The position numbers were made by a program, and so were the translations under genes. Below, piece by piece: positions 36,549 to 51,389 of a stretch of 64,000 nucleotides of DNA (position 1 is its first letter; the number at the start of each line of letters is the position of its first letter). The stretch covers positions 63,116,001 through 63,180,000 of the forward strand of contig OX597817.1 of the NCBI GenBank assembly GCA_951406725.2, given 5' to 3'. The DNA comes from Octopus vulgaris (taxonomy: Eukaryota). The notes beneath the pieces were generated by a model. The model had not been told where the DNA came from, searched no databases, and saw only the letters and a list, made by a program, of their open reading frames with translations.

Positions 36549-36930
36549 AATTAAAATGAGGGTGAAAAGTTGGATATTAATAACATCAATTTTAGCTCCA
36601 GTAGTCTAGCATATAAAAAAAACTGAGGTTCAGTAAATAGTATTACATATATAAAAAAAAAAACTGAGGTTTATATTTATATATGTAATACTATATATAT
36701 ATATATATTTGTTATGCAGGAAGAAATTCAAAATCTTACACCTGTTTCTGGGATATCCTCGGGTATGGGATATTCTGTTATCAGAGATAAATTGGTGGGG
36801 GGGATATGGAAAGTGAGAATGGTATATATCAATAAGATAACATAGAGGAAGGGAGTAAAAGAATAAGGAGATGGAAAGAGAATTATAACAACTGCTGACA
36901 CCGACATTTCATAATATTGTTTACAAATCA
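36541..36930. mobile_element. Family P2-related PLE fragment
   Basis: Starts with the agggtgaaaagttggatattaa..catcaattt motif shared with 19150 and 46520. Has a small internal inversion and lies in (TA)n. Confidence 0.55.
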
Positions 36931-36937
36931 ATTTCCC

Positions 36938-37213
36938 CCGTTACAATCGGTGACCCGAACAAGAGCATTGCAGCCATTCCAAGAACCAACTGTTACACGT
37001 GCAAGTGGCCGAGCACTCCACAAACACATAGTTCTCAGGGAGATTCGGCGTGACAGAGAATATGACAGGGCTGACCTTTCGAATTACAAGTACAAATCAT
37101 TTTGGCCTGCAGCAACGTGAAATAAAGCGTCTTGCTCACGGACATAATGCGCTACCAGGGATCGAACCCACGACTATATGATCGTGAGCAGGATATCTTA
37201 ACCAATAAGCCAC
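36938..37213 (-). mobile_element. S3 SINE, degenerate
   Basis: gcaacgtgaaataaagcgtcttgctca core and tRNA-like head. Confidence 0.7.
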
Positions 37214-38112
37214 AATACGTGAAAAAGCTGTTTGTACGTTCTATGTATCATTTTCGTGTTATATAAATATGAAGAAATTATGGGATTTCACTGTCGTCAC
37301 TTCCAGTATCCATTGCAATTAATTTTCAGTTTTTAAAATTTTTTTTATTACGACACTAAACTGTGTGTTTACTTCTTTCAACTGGACTCTGTAAGAAGTA
37401 TGTGTATGAATGTAGGAATCGATTAAGTTATATAATTTGAAATAAAGACAACTAACAAAAACGACAAACAAGCAAAAACAACAGTAAACCGAAAGATTTG
37501 ACATTGATACGATCGGTAATATATAATTATAGAATCTGTTCAGAAAAATAACTTTTATGTTTACAGTTTCGATTAAAATATCCTATGTTTGTATTAGATT
37601 TTATTTCATGTTTCATCGTAAATATAAATGAAAGAATTTCGATAATTTATATAATTGTAAAATACGTTTCGAAAATATTTCAACGTCTGTAAGTTTTCGG
37701 ATAAATTCGTAAAGAGTTGAAATAGCTGTCATCACCATTATACGCATCATGTTCATCGTCGTTTTTGTCGAAGTTGTCATTTTTATTATCGTCGTTGCCG
37801 TCGTAAATGGCCACGTCGCCATCATTGTCATCGTCGTTGTCATCATCATCACCATCATCGTCGTTGCGGTCGTCGTCGCCCGTTCTCATCTTCATCGTTA
37901 TTACCATTTCATCAGCATTTCGTGTAAATTCATCTTACACGAAATAAAAACATCCTATTATATCAATTTCTCTCTTCTGTAATTAGATGTCAATAACGGT
38001 TTAAAAGAAAATTACATTGACGGTTTCGACGTCAGAAATTTACTGTGGACGAACATTCATATATAGATATCTCCAAAAGTCAGAGATGTTGGATCAATAT
38101 ATTCTCTCTCTC

Positions 38113-38175
<63 letters not shown>

Positions 38176-38660
38176 TTCTCTTTCTCTCTCTCATTTTGTT
38201 GCAGTTGTTGCTGTTGATAGTTTTGTTTTTGATTGTAGTTGTTGTTGTTGAGCAGCAATTTGGAATCCTGATTCAGCAGATTTATTATTGTAAATGTTCT
38301 TAGCTTGCCCATTCTGTCGCTTTCCAAAGATTCTTAAGGGCTTCAAAACAATTCTAAATCCGAATTACTACCTGTTCTACCACCCTCTCTCCCCATACCC
38401 TCCTTTTATCTTTGTTCACAGACACACACACACAAATATACGGATGTATATATGTGTATGTGTGTATATATATATAAGATATATATATATATAAGATATA
38501 TATATATATATATACTTTATTTAAAGCAGCAGAAAAATTCAACAAAACCTGTTACTCTGAGTTTCCCGTTGCCATTCATCGGACAGTTTTTGCTAGAATG
38601 GAACCGATATTTCAATTCTATATATATATATATATATATTTATAAGATATATATATATAT

Positions 38661-38730
<70 letters not shown>

Positions 38731-38734
38731 AATA

Positions 38735-39135
38735 TATGCATATATACATACATATATTTACATACCAACATATATATGTATATATACATGCATATAAAGG
38801 TACAGGACATCAAAAAAACGTTGAACACAATGAGAAACGAAAACATAAAAACAAAACAGAGAAACGAGACATACAACATAAAGAATATTCCCCTTCTTCA
38901 GTTGTCCCTGTTTCATTTACTCCACTTTTCGAAGGTAAGGACAAGACGTGATTTCGTTGAAACAGTCCTTCCTGCAAAGCAAATCAAATAAAATTTGGGA
39001 CTTTTTTGCGGAGGGTGAAAGTGGTAACAAGAACAGGACAGTAAAATCAATAAAAAAGTAAAAACAGTAAAAGACAGAACAATGAGAACAAAACAGTAAA
39101 AACAAACAGTGAGGGCTGTTAAGCCAAGACGATGG
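38735..39135 (-). mobile_element. Family P1 partial copy
   Basis: Reverse complement of 26160-26546, with hammerhead boxes at 38890-38971. Confidence 0.8.
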
Positions 39136-40260
39136 AAATACATACATACATATTTTAAGTAATAACAAACCAGGAGTTATGTAATAACATTCATTTGCTT
39201 ACAGTTTTTCCCACTATAAGGAACTATCTATGAAAACAGTTTTCAATAATGGAAACTACTGCAGCCAATGTAGGTCTTTATGTAACATCTTTTCTGAGAG
39301 CCCTTGTGCTGGTCCACATAAAAAGGTACCTGTGTTGCACGTAAAATAGCACCCAGCATACTCTGTACAGCGGTTGGCATTAGGAAGCGCATTCAGTCAT
39401 AGAAACCAAGCCAAATCAGACTGGAAAATAGATTTTAAATGATGTTCTGTCATTCATTTATTAATAAATATTTTGCCATGTACTTATCTTTTAGATAGGA
39501 ATTTAGAAGTCAGAACATCTGTGAGTTGACACAAACTCAGCATTTGGAGCTTAGAAATACCATGCATTATATTGGGGTCAGGCAACTTAACTCCAAACAA
39601 TGGAGGCAGTAAGCCTTGAAATCACCCCCAAACCGCCATATCTGTTTGTCTGCTGGCATCACTTTCAGCTTGGTTTCATGTGGTTTTCCACACAAAGTTG
39701 ATAGAGAAGAAAAAATTTTCCAGAGACAAATCTCACGCTGGAATGCCTTTCACTTTCTTGCATACAGAAGCATACTGAAAATTAATGTATGCATCCCTAT
39801 TTTGATCCTTGCTGATTTGTGTGCATATACAAAGGATCCAATCTGTTAACTATTATGTCTATCTATCTATCAAACTTCCCTTGGTTAATGGCATTAAGGT
39901 CGGACAATTGTCATGCTGATGATGATTACTGAGGTAAAAACATGTATGATGTCTGTCCTTTTACCTCCAGACAATGAGCCTATTCTTTTGCTTTATTGGT
40001 ATGTTGACTATGCAGAATTTTTGTTTATTGAAATTATCTCTCCTTGTCATATGAAGCTGGTTTTAATTGTCATTTGGTAATTATGACATGTCTTCTAGAG
40101 GCTGAGATAATTTTTAAATCAAGAATTTATGTTGTATGGTATTTGATATGCCTGTATTTGTCTATGTTGCTAAAATACATGCTATTGGCCACACTCTAGT
40201 GTTTTAGAATTATATGTATCTATGTCACCAAAAGTATGTGTGTGTGTGTTTGTGTATGTG

Positions 40261-40292
<32 letters not shown>

Positions 40293-40462
40293 AATGTGTA
40301 TGAATACACACATATATATTTATATCAATATATATATATATATAATATGCTGTTCATATTTATATGCATGCAAGGGAATGGCTATTGGAAAGGTGATAAT
40401 GCTGGCAGTGCCCCAGCATGGCCACAGTCTTTGGGCTGAAACACATAAAAGAATAAAGGAAT

Positions 40463-40493
<31 letters not shown>

Positions 40494-41115
40494 CATGTAT
40501 CATCAACATCATCATTGTTTAACATCCATCTTCCATGTGTGTATATAGGATGCTTGACAGGAGCCAGCCAGGTAGAAAAACTACCCTAGGTTATTGTGTC
40601 TGTTTTGGCAGGATTTTTACAGTTGGATGCCCTTGCTAACACCAACCACTATGCAGAGTGGACTCAGTCCTTTTTGCAGCTGGATGTCCTTCCAAATGTC
40701 AACAGTGTGGACTGGATGCTTTTTACGTAGATATGTGCATGTATGTACATGTATGTACATATGTATGTATGCATCTATGTATATGGGTGTATAAACACGC
40801 ATATATATATTAATATATATAATACACTGTGTATATTCATATACATAGATTTGTTTTATAATGCACAATCATCTCAAGCAGCTGAAGTTGTATCACTTTA
40901 TATAATTTACTTCTTAAATTATTTGGTACAAACTCTTATTACTCGTTGGAGTCACTTATTCTTTTTATATTCGAAATTCATTCTGCTTTTTAATTTGTCT
41001 CATAATGCTCAACCAAAGATTTTATATTCATAAATTCTGATGATCAAATTAATTTTCCCTTTTATCTGATTGGTAAATCTGAACAATATATTTGGTACAC
41101 TGTGTTATCAATATA

Positions 41116-42405
41116 TTGGGTTGGCAACTAAGTTCTTGCTGTTTTTTTAAATTTAAATTTCTTAAAAGGTTTAATAAAAAATAACAACTAATTAATAATG
41201 TATTCACCCTTGTTGTTTACAACTTCTTCCCAATGTTCAACAAGATTTTCAATACCTCGTTTTGGAGAAATCACCCAATTTCGACTCGAAACATTGATCC
41301 AACCAAGCTCTCAATACTGCATCAGTATTGAATGAAGCTCTCCCCATAGCATTTGAAAGAGGTTGAAAGAGGTGGGAATCCATTGGTGCCAAATCAGGAG
41401 AGTACGGCGGGTATGGCAGTGCTTTCCAGCCATGCATTTGGATGGCTTCCTTGGTCATATTGTCACTATGAGGGCAGGCGTTGTCGTGCAGCAGAAGAAC
41501 TCCATGCTGCCGATTAGGTCTTTTCTCTTGAATAGCCATGTTGAGTTGTTCCATCTGTTGAACATAAAGTTCCATGTTGACTGTTTGGTTCCGTTCAAGC
41601 AATCCGTAATGGATAATCCCTTTCCAGTCCCACCATATGCACATCGTTTTATGTGGATGAAGATCTTGTTTCACACGTGGTGTTGCTTGTTTACCGGGGC
41701 TAAGCCATTCCTTACACTGCTTCATATTGATGTACAGGCACCATTTTTTGTCACCAGTAACAATTTGGTAAAGAAATCGTTGCCTGTGTCCATGAGTTGA
41801 GCAGTGACGAGTAAGCAAACCAGCAGAGATTGTGGCTCATTGATTTTTGTTGTTGTCATTTAAAGCATTCGGAACCCAAGCTCCATACTTCTGAACCTTT
41901 CCCATTGAGTGAAGAAGCTTCTCTATAGCAGTGTGGGAGCATTCCATTTTCTCTGCCAGTTCCCTTGTCGTTTGATGAGAATTTTCGTGCAAAAGTTGGC
42001 TTAATCGCTCTTCATTGAACTCAACTGGACGGCCAGAACGAGGTGCATCTTTGAGGTCAAAATTTCCATTTTTGAACTTGGCATACCAATCACGAGCGGT
42101 TCCTTCAGTTATGGCACCCTCTCCATACACAGCACAAATGTTGCGAGCAGCTTTTGCGGCCTTAGAACCTTGATTAAAAGCAAAAAGAAGGAGGTGTCGA
42201 AAATGCACATTTTTTTTAACTTGACATTCCGTTTTAATGATTTGAAAATAAAAAAAAATTAACTAAAATTAACTAGAAAAAGAAAATAAAATAGATTTCA
42301 AAATGATTCAAAAATAGAATTCTTGAAAAAAATAGATTCCCAAATTTAAAAACACAATAAATTCCAAAATTTCAAAAAGCGGCAGGAACTTACTTGCCAA
42401 CCCAA
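41116..42405 (-). mobile_element. Full-length mariner (DD34D) transposon with decayed transposase
   Basis: TIRs ttgggttggcaactaagttcttgctg and cggcaggaacttacttgccaacccaa with TA flanks. Motifs WVP, TGDKKW, HDNACPH and YSPDLAPMD in ORFs 42208-41837 and 41818-41249. Confidence 0.95.
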
Positions 42406-43180
42406 TATATTATTAATATATTTTTGATATGCTCACTATATATTTAAATGTATGCTTATTCTATTATTAAGTGTTCAACTTCATATATTCTACAGCATTC
42501 CACTATTACCTTACTGACAGATATAATGATGCAGCATGGAATTTTGTCAATGAACAGGCCATGGTTTCAAAGCGACGAAGATATAATGAATTCAACTTTA
42601 ACCTCCTTATTTATTACATTATATGCATGTATTTCTTACTTTAAGCCGAACAAATAGCAGAAATGATTTGAAATTACAGATTGAAAGCTCAGAAAGCTCA
42701 GGTGTGTTGATACCTCCTCATATCTATACAAGAAATATTGTTCTTCAGAAACTTTTGCAGTGAATGTGAATAATAATGCTTATTATGTACATTTGTAGCT
42801 TTTGCATGGAATATGTCAAATATGTTGCAAATGTGAAGCTTTAACATAAACAAGAGCTACTGTCCCTCGTCAACCTTTTAGGAAATGAATATATGTAACC
42901 TGTTTGTAAGATCATGTGCCTATGAGTAAATATGGATATATTCTGGTAGTTTTGAATATATACACATGTACAGCATTTATGAATTTATGTAGAGCATTTA
43001 TTGGAGAAAATAGTAATGTAGAATAACATGTGACTCATTGACTGCAATATACTGTACATATTAAAAGTAATCAAGCCTGTATAATATTTGGAGAGTGATA
43101 AATATAATTTTCTTATTTTCATGTTACTTTGGCATTTCTAATTGCATCTTCATACACCCATCAGTAAATTTCATCATGCA

Positions 43181-43350
43181 TAGGAGTGGCTGTGTGGTAA
43201 GTAGCTTGCTTACGAACCATATGGTTCCGGGTTCAGTCCCACTGCATGGCACCTTAGGCAAGTGTCTCCTACTATAGCCTCAGGCCAACCAAAGCCTTGT
43301 GAGTGAATTTGGTAGACGGAAACTGAAAGAAGCCCGTCGTATATGTGTAA

Positions 43351-43382
<32 letters not shown>

Positions 43383-43607
43383 GTGTGTATATGTTTGTGT
43401 GCTTGTGTTTGTCACTCCAACATCACTTGACAACCGATGCTGGTGTGTTTATGTTCCCGTAACTCAGAGTTTGGCAAAAGAGACTGATGGAACAAGTACT
43501 AGGCTTACAAAGATTAAGTCCTGGGGTCGATTTGCTCGACTAAAAAAAGGCAGTGCTCCAGCATGGCTGCAGTCAAATGACTGAAAAAAGTAAAAGAGTA
43601 AAAGAGT
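43181..43607 (+). mobile_element. S1 SINE, full length, CpG-decayed
   Basis: Aligns with 22026-22440 with several CG>TG/CA differences. Confidence 0.9.
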
Positions 43608-44324
43608 ATGCACATTTTTCAGCAATATCTCTAATTAGAAACTCGAGTATTCATAAATATAAGCCAAAATGTAATTATCTTAAAGTTTAGTAAAACACCC
43701 ACCATCATTATTGATGGCACAGTTACTCTTATATATATGTGTTTGTGTGTGTGTGTGTGTGTACCTATACTAAACTGAGATAATTTGTGTTTATACACAC
43801 ATTCACACATATATAAAAGTATATAATATCTGTCAAACATAGATGTGGATTTTTGACTTACCCTATTTTGGAACTCTCTTACGCTCCTTGAATTCCAGGC
43901 CTACCATGGATTGCTTCATTTTTAAGAACTGACCATTTTGATGTATTTTTAATCGATGGGTAAATTTTTTAGTCTATTAATATGTTTTAGTAATTCATTT
44001 AATCACCTACTTTAATCAATTTTTATATACATTTTTCTGGATAGATCCTTATATATATTTTTGTATTTTTTATATATGCATATATTTTTTACCTTCAGTG
44101 TTTAAATATATATTTCTTTTATATGTTGATGACCATGATATTATTTGTATATGATGAAATGTATAGAAGTATGGGGTTATATAAAGCCATTGGCCCAAAT
44201 TTGATGTCTGTTTTCTAATCAATGATATATACATACATACATATATATATATTGATAGAAATGTTAAGACAACAAAAGAAAGAGAGAGACCTCAATATTA
44301 TGTAAATTGAGGAATTTATCTGTA

Positions 44325-44377
<53 letters not shown>

Positions 44378-45662
44378 CAAGGGTGGGGCAGAGAGAACAG
44401 ACGTTTTTGAAATGGCTATTACTCAGCCGCAGTGGGAGGGACATATGTCCGACAGGTACCTTTCGGTCCATAGTCTCTTAGCATTTTTTTCTTTTCAGGT
44501 GAAGCCATGGCGCTGTGGACGATAGAGCATTGCATATTTGCCTATGACAGTTACGTGAAGAATACAGAGTCTGTCACAGGAGTTCAGCGTGAATTTCAGC
44601 GCCACTTCAACATTCACCGAAATCAGGCTGTTCCCATCCATTACACAATCTTAACGCTGGGAGAATGCACTTCGTACACGCTGTACACTAATGAATAGGA
44701 GACCAGTGGGGGCACCATGAATGGTACAAACCCTGGAAAATGTGGAAACCAGATAAGCTTTGATATGGAGTTGGAATTGCTCTGCTTGGAGGCATTCCAC
44801 TGAACTTGGCTTTGGTTATCGATTGATATTTTGCATGAAGACCTGCACTTCCACCTGTACAAATTGGTCATTGGCAACAGTTGAAACCATGGGACTATGC
44901 ACAGTGGCTTAACTTTACATGTCAGAAGAAAGTAATTTTTGAGGCAAATGACAACCTCATTTTGTTAAAGATGTGATGAAGCTCATTTTCATCTCAGTGG
45001 TATGGTAAATCAACAGAACTGTCGTTATTGGGCTCTTGAATATCCAAGGAAACTGCACAGCCCAAAAGTGACAGTCTGGTGTGCTGTTGGAAAAGCTGCC
45101 ATCATTGGTCCTTACTTTTTTGAAGACAATGATGGAAATGCTGTTACTATGAACTCTGAGCATTACATCAAGGTGATAAACAACTTCTTCGTGCCTGAAT
45201 TACAACAAAAATATATGCCTATTCAATGTGTGTGGTTTCAGCAGGATGGGGCTATGGCCCGCACAGCCAGAGTGTCAATGGTGACCACCTCATTTCCAGA
45301 TTTGCTGACATTCTATGGCCCCCTCGGTCCCCTGATTTGTCCATATGTGATTATTTCTTGTGGAGAAACCTCAAGGCACATGTATATGCGCACAAGCATA
45401 TTGGGTGATTTAAAGGAAGCTATTCATGTGGAAGTCGCCCAAGTTGACAGAGCAAAGCTGGAGAGAATGGAGGCCAACTTCCAAGAACGCCTTCAGAAAT
45501 GCAATGAAAATGGACACCTCATAATGGATGTTGTCTTCTACACTTTATTTTGACAAATGCTAATTCAATACGAACACATTGATGTTAATAAAATTTATTT
45601 GCAGCTAAAATTAATGATTTTATGAATTTTTCAAAAACGTCTGTCCTCTCTGCCCCACCCTG
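44378..45662 (+). mobile_element. Tc1/mariner-superfamily transposon of DUF4817-HTH (rosa/DD41D-like) type, decayed
   Basis: TIRs caagggtggggcagagagaacagacgtttttga and tcaaaaacgtctgtcctctctgccccaccctg with TA flanks. Motifs VTGVQREFQRHF, DEAHFHL, VNQQNCRYW, WFQQDGA and WPPRSPDLSICDYFLW. Confidence 0.9.
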
Positions 45663-45666
45663 TATA

Positions 45667-46330
45667 TCATCATTATCATTATCATCATCATCGTTTAACG
45701 TCTGCTTTCCATGCTGTCATGGGTTGGACGGTTTGACTGAGGACTGGTGAGCCAGAGGCTGCACCAGGCTCAATCTGGTCTGGCAAACTTTCTACAGCTG
45801 GATTCCCTTCCTAACGCCAACCACTCCGAAAGTGTAGTGGGTGGTTTTTACATGCCACGAGCACGAGGGCCAGTCAGGCAATTCTAGCAACGACCATGCT
45901 CTCATGCTCAAAAGGTGTTTTTGTGTGCTACCTGCATGGGAGCCAGTCTGGCGGCACTGGCAACGACCATGCTCGAATGTTGTTTTTCATGTGCCGGTAA
46001 GGCGACGCTGGCAACGATCATGCTCAAATAGTGCTTTTCATGTGTCATTGGCATGGGAGCCAATCTGTGGCCTTGGCAACAATCACACTCGGATGTGCTT
46101 TTAATGTTCCACTGGCATGAGTGCCAATCAGGTAGTACTGTCATCAGCCACGTCAGCGATTTTGGTTTGTTTACACTTGCCTCAATAGGTCTTCGCAAGC
46201 AAAGTTCATTGTCCAATGAATGAGGGGTACTCATAAGTGGGCCGGTTACACCCCACGTTCAGATGTGCTTTTAATGTTCCATTGGCACGAGTGCCAATCA
46301 GGCGGTTCTGTCGTTGGCCACATCATGCAC
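45667..46330 (-). mobile_element. Retroposon with (GAT)n tail and internal ~55-60-bp tandem units (family R)
   Basis: catcatcatcgtttaacgtctgctttccatgct...gggttggacgg is the reverse complement of 49235-49783. Fragments also occur at 3680, 39300, 40500, 55312 and 56300. Confidence 0.75.
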
Positions 46331-46394
46331 ACTATGTTACCATCTTTGAAGGGCTCTCATATTTTCAAATATGCGCGCGTGTGCACACACACAC

Positions 46395-46425
<31 letters not shown>

Positions 46426-46448
46426 CATACATACATATATATATATAT

Positions 46449-46509
<61 letters not shown>

Positions 46510-46516
<7 letters not shown>

Positions 46517-46950
46517 TCACAATAAGGGTGAAAAAAATTGAATATTAATTAACATCAATTTAAAACACCAAGTTGCCTAGTGAAAAAAAACTGGGATACA
46601 GTAAAAATTATTAATACAAGTAATAAGAGTGAGACCAGATGTGGTCACTCTAACGCTAGAAATAGATCCGCTTCGTATGGATTTTGGCGTTCGGTTCAGC
46701 AAATTATATTTTTGATATACTCTACTGATGATTCAAAAATGATTGAGTAAGTAAAATTACTCAATCTATTAACGATAAAACAATTGTATAGAGTTAATCT
46801 ATTTTTTCGTTATTTTTCATTTGTCCTGCCCGCTTACATTCTTGGCGTGTTGAATTAATGCTTGAGAACAATTCTTTAGTGGTGGATTCCCTTTGCGGAT
46901 CTATTTCTAGCGTTAGAGTGACCACATGTGGTCTCCCTCTTATTACTTGT
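46510..46950 (+). mobile_element. Family P2 PLE derivative with inverted repeat and hammerhead
   Basis: Inverted repeat 46614-46670 versus 46895-46950, hammerhead at 46719-46794, and (TA)n flanks. Confidence 0.75.
46719..46794 (+). ncRNA. Type I hammerhead ribozyme, probably inactivated
   Basis: acucua-CUGAUGA...(hairpin gauugaguaa/uuacucaauc)...AAAAC-AAUU-GUA-uagagu. Stem I is a perfect 6 bp, but GAAA is mutated to AAAA and the base of stem II is disrupted. Confidence 0.7.
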
Positions 46951-47181
46951 ATATATATATATATATTTGGTGAAATAGAAAGATGAATAATCTTGTTGCA
47001 GATTAATCAAAAGTTTAACCGATACCTTGGTAGCAAAAATCACAGCAGAAGAAAGCACGGTTGGAGGTACAACCATATGGTGTTGCAACCGTGCGTTGGT
47101 GCGGATAATTGAATTTTAATATTATTAGTGAATTGAAGAAATGGAGTTGAACGAAGATTGAACAGAAATCCTTTTATTGCA

Positions 47182-47261
47182 TTCTACACGTGTTTCGAAA
47201 GCCACAATTTACCAAATTCCGATTGAATAAGGAGACCATATTGTGTCTTTCTCTTCAGGAA
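47182..47261 (-). ncRNA. Type I hammerhead ribozyme (inverted pLTR copy)
   Basis: Reverse complement of 48840-48919. Confidence 0.75.
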
Positions 47262-47784
47262 GAAATGGGAAATCCGCTGGCAGAACAAAAACAGAACAGA
47301 AGCGCAGCAAAACAAATCGAACGAGGAGGCTCCTAAGAGCCCATGGCCAAACTGTTTATCAATGTTGAAATCGGGTGGTGGGCGCGTTGAAGATATTTAC
47401 AGGTCAGGCAGCGGTCAATCCGGTGGGTGAGAGCATGGGGTGCGTAGATGTTCTTTGTGATCGAGACTAAGGTTCTGACTATTTTAAGAATATTAGGTGT
47501 ATTATGTGGGGCGAGACAAAATCTACGAGGATTCGTAAGGCCAATTTTGACGATGAGGCCCCGACATATGAGTAGACATCTGAGTCCGTGTAAACCTTGC
47601 ATTGGTAAACGGCTTTTCTGATCTTAGAGCTCCCTGACATGAACCTTATTCTATTAGGATTAGTTTCTGAAATAGCAACTCAAGCATCGTTTCCGGCAAT
47701 AGCAGGAACACGGACACTAGCAATTACAGCACTCTGAGTGATAGTGAAGAATCAGGGGTTATTCCGTTAGTTAATAGTGACTTA

Positions 47785-48273
47785 GTGGTAAATAAAGTAG
47801 TAAGCGGCTGCACTTCTCGCAATCAATATAGTAATAGTAACGCAGTTCTGATTTCAGAAACTAATCCTAATAGAATAAGGTTCATGTCAGGGAACTCTAA
47901 GATCAGAAATGCCGTTTACCAATGCAAGGTTTACACGGACTCAGATGTCTACTCATATGTCGGGGCCTCATCGTCAAAATTGGCCTTACGAATCTCCAAC
48001 CATTACGCAACTTTTCGCGACGCGAATAAACACCAGGCCACGGGACTTAGCAAGCTAATATGGCGATTGAAGAATACGAGCTCAAGCTACAGGCTGGAAT
48101 GGTCAATTTTGTCGGTGGCCCTCCCATTTGATAGGGGCAGAAGGAAGTGCAACCTTTGTGTCTCTGAGCTTTTCCATATATTGTTCGCCAGAGACCGAAT
48201 GGTAAACGGACTTTTGCAGTCGGCTTTTCGATGCCCCCATTGGCGGCGTTTTACTTATCTTGCTTATAAATGA
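47785..48273 (+). CDS. Penelope GIY-YIG endonuclease domain (truncated ORF, no RT present)
   Basis: AVYQCKV...YVGASS...RISNHYATF...LSKLIWRLK...WSIL...KCNLCVSE...CPH. This is a GIY-YIG domain with a C-terminal Cys/His motif, resembling Naiad-type PLEs (clade assignment not verified). Confidence 0.8.
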   Translation: MVNKVVSGCTSRNQYSNSNAVLISETNPNRIRFMSGNSKIRNAVYQCKVYTDSDVYSYVGASSSKLALRISNHYATFRDANKHQATGLSKLIWRLKNTSSSYRLEWSILSVALPFDRGRRKCNLCVSELFHILFARDRMVNGLLQSAFRCPHWRRFTYLAYK

Positions 48274-48839
48274 CGCTTACAAATGATACCTGCACCCGGT
48301 TACCCTACTTATATGAAAATAGCCCTTGGAAATAAGCTTTTTAAGATAGATTTGATTAACCATTGCAAGGGGAATTACTCCTATTAGGCGAATGGTGTTT
48401 TGTTTTGACGACGTGAGGTTCTTTTTGACTAAGCATGATTAGACGAACACACGAACACATAAAATTATTATTTTCTGCCGCCTGACAGATTTTTCAGCAG
48501 TGACCATTGTGCAGTGCCTTTTACCAACTTACGGCCGCATACATATAGAACAGTTCACACACACATGTTTCTAAGTAGATTTTGCCTCGCCCCACATAAT
48601 ACACCTAATATTCTTAAAATAGTCAGAACCTTAGTCTCGATCACAAAGAACATCTATGCACCCCATGCTCTCACCCACCGGATTGACCGCTGCCTGACCT
48701 GTAAATATCTTCAATGCGCCCACCACCTGATTTCAACATTGATAAACAGTTTGGCCATGGGCTCTTAGGAGCCTCCTCGTTCGATTTGTTTTGCTGCGCT
48801 TCTGTTCTGTTTTTGTTCTGCCAGCGGATTTCCTATTTC

Positions 48840-48919
48840 TTCCTGAAGAGAAAGACACAATATGGTCTCCTTATTCAATCGGAATTTGGTAAATTGTGGC
48901 TTTCGAAACACGTGTAGAA
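48840..48919 (+). ncRNA. Type I hammerhead ribozyme in the Penelope pLTR
   Basis: uuc-CUGAAGA-gaaag.cacaau...auugug.cuuuc-GAAAC-ACGU-GUA-gaa. Palindromic loop 3, short stem I, followed by aataaa. Confidence 0.78.
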
Positions 48920-48974
48920 TGCAATAAAAGGATTTCTGTTCAATCTTCGTTCAACTCCATTTCTTCAATTCACT

Positions 48975-49783
<809 letters not shown>

Positions 49784-49791
49784 ATATACAT

Positions 49792-49851
<60 letters not shown>

Positions 49852-50669
49852 ACATAGGAAAGAAATGCTGTAGTGGCAGAAATAATAGCATGCTGATTTA
49901 AATAATTCACAGTATATAAGTTTCAATCCTTGAAGTGCTACTTTCAAATCCCTCTGGTGACATCTTTATCTTTCATCATTCTAGCATTGATAAAATAATT
50001 AGCAGTCATAAAAGAAAGTCGATTCACTTTGTCATTGCTACAAAATGTGTGGCCTTGCACTACTTCACAAAATAAATCAATATTTTTTCTGTAATACAAT
50101 GTAAAGTGTTGTTCATAGCAGAATCTTTGCTTTTGAAGCCATATTTAATATAATCTAATCAGTCATATGCCAGAAATAATTTATATTTTATTTTGCAGGC
50201 CTCTTTTCATCATTTTTATGTACACTTTTCATCCATGTTTGCATGGGTTATACAGAATTTGCTTGGGAAAATTTTCTGATACCCTTCCTGTTGCCAACTC
50301 TAAATCAGTTGTTTGTGTTGTTGGTTATGTATGTATGTATGTATGTCTTGTTATTAATTAGCATTCTTTCTAGAATAAAGGAAGTGATTTCAAAGAAAGA
50401 AATAAAAACTCCATTATATTGTTAGATATTGAACTTTAAGAAAATCGCACATACTTTCACTGTTACACTTAGAGACTTTTCTCTGTAAATTCATTTAGGT
50501 ACAGTGCTAACAAAACATTATTATTATTAGTGATTATCCCCTTTATGGATCAATTATTTTGACATGGCGTTTCATTTCAGAGCATATTCTTTTATTTCCT
50601 TTTTTAATTATATGCACTGTGTTAATTACAAAAAAAAGTTTTTTTATCTTGTTTCCCTTTTTTTATTTG

Positions 50670-51345
50670 GATTTAAACGAGTTAACTCGGACATTGAAAA
50701 AATACATACAACTTAACTATCTTCGATTTTTTATAAGATGTATTGCTTTTAAATCAAAGGAAAATTTTTTAGAAAATGAGATAGACAGTTTATTTAGAAT
50801 GATAATTTTCAAAACAAGGAGTTACACACAAAGTTATCTTGCAGACATCACACATATATCTGCTTTCTCTTTGAATCTTCTTTCCTTTAGCGTCTCTCTT
50901 CTCTGCACTTTTTGCTCACTGTCTTGTAGAGTTCTTTTTCTTATCACTTGGTGGTATTTCCATGGGTAAGTGACCAGCTGGGGCAAATATTGTTGGATGT
51001 GGGATCTCTGATGGTCTTCCTGGTTTCATGGGAGGCAATAAGGGCCTATATTTTTCAATAATCTTGGTGATCATTTGCTTTCTAAACTTCAGCGATTTCA
51101 TAGCAGAAGCTGAAGTTTCCAAAGATGCTTTATACAAAACATAAGCATTCCAGATAGCCAAATCCATCAAATGAAAAAATACTTATTTTTTTTAAACAAC
51201 GCGAGTAAATTCGTGATTGCTCAAAAATGAAATGACACAAAACAAATAAACTCATTTGAGTGCTAAAATTAAAAGTTAATTTTGACCGAGTATACTAGTT
51301 TGGTTCTAAAAAGATGCATTTGCAATGCACGAGTAAACTCGGGAT
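50670..51345 (-). mobile_element. piggyBac remnant (PGBD4-like transposase C-terminus)
   Basis: FFHLMDLAIWNAYVLY...LKFRKQMI...HLP...RESRYMCDVCKITLCVTPCFENYH, a Cys-rich C-terminal domain. Repeated cgagt(a/t)aactcg subterminal motifs. Confidence 0.8.
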
Positions 51346-51389
51346 AATGATTATTAGTGCAAATTAAAAATGAGAGTTGAGGAATTTCA

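Noticed and set aside
36730-36775. Hammerhead-like GAAAC-AGGT-GTA on the minus strand
   Set aside because: The CUGANGA box and stem II are not intact, so it is too degenerate to call.
37680-37907. Asp-rich minus-strand ORF (DDDRNDDDG...)
   Set aside because: It is explained by a degenerate (CAT/CGT)n trinucleotide tract. No splice context or domain was seen.
39495-39790. Possible coding remnant (FGGDFK...) on the minus strand
   Set aside because: There are stops in all frames and only a weak motif resemblance.
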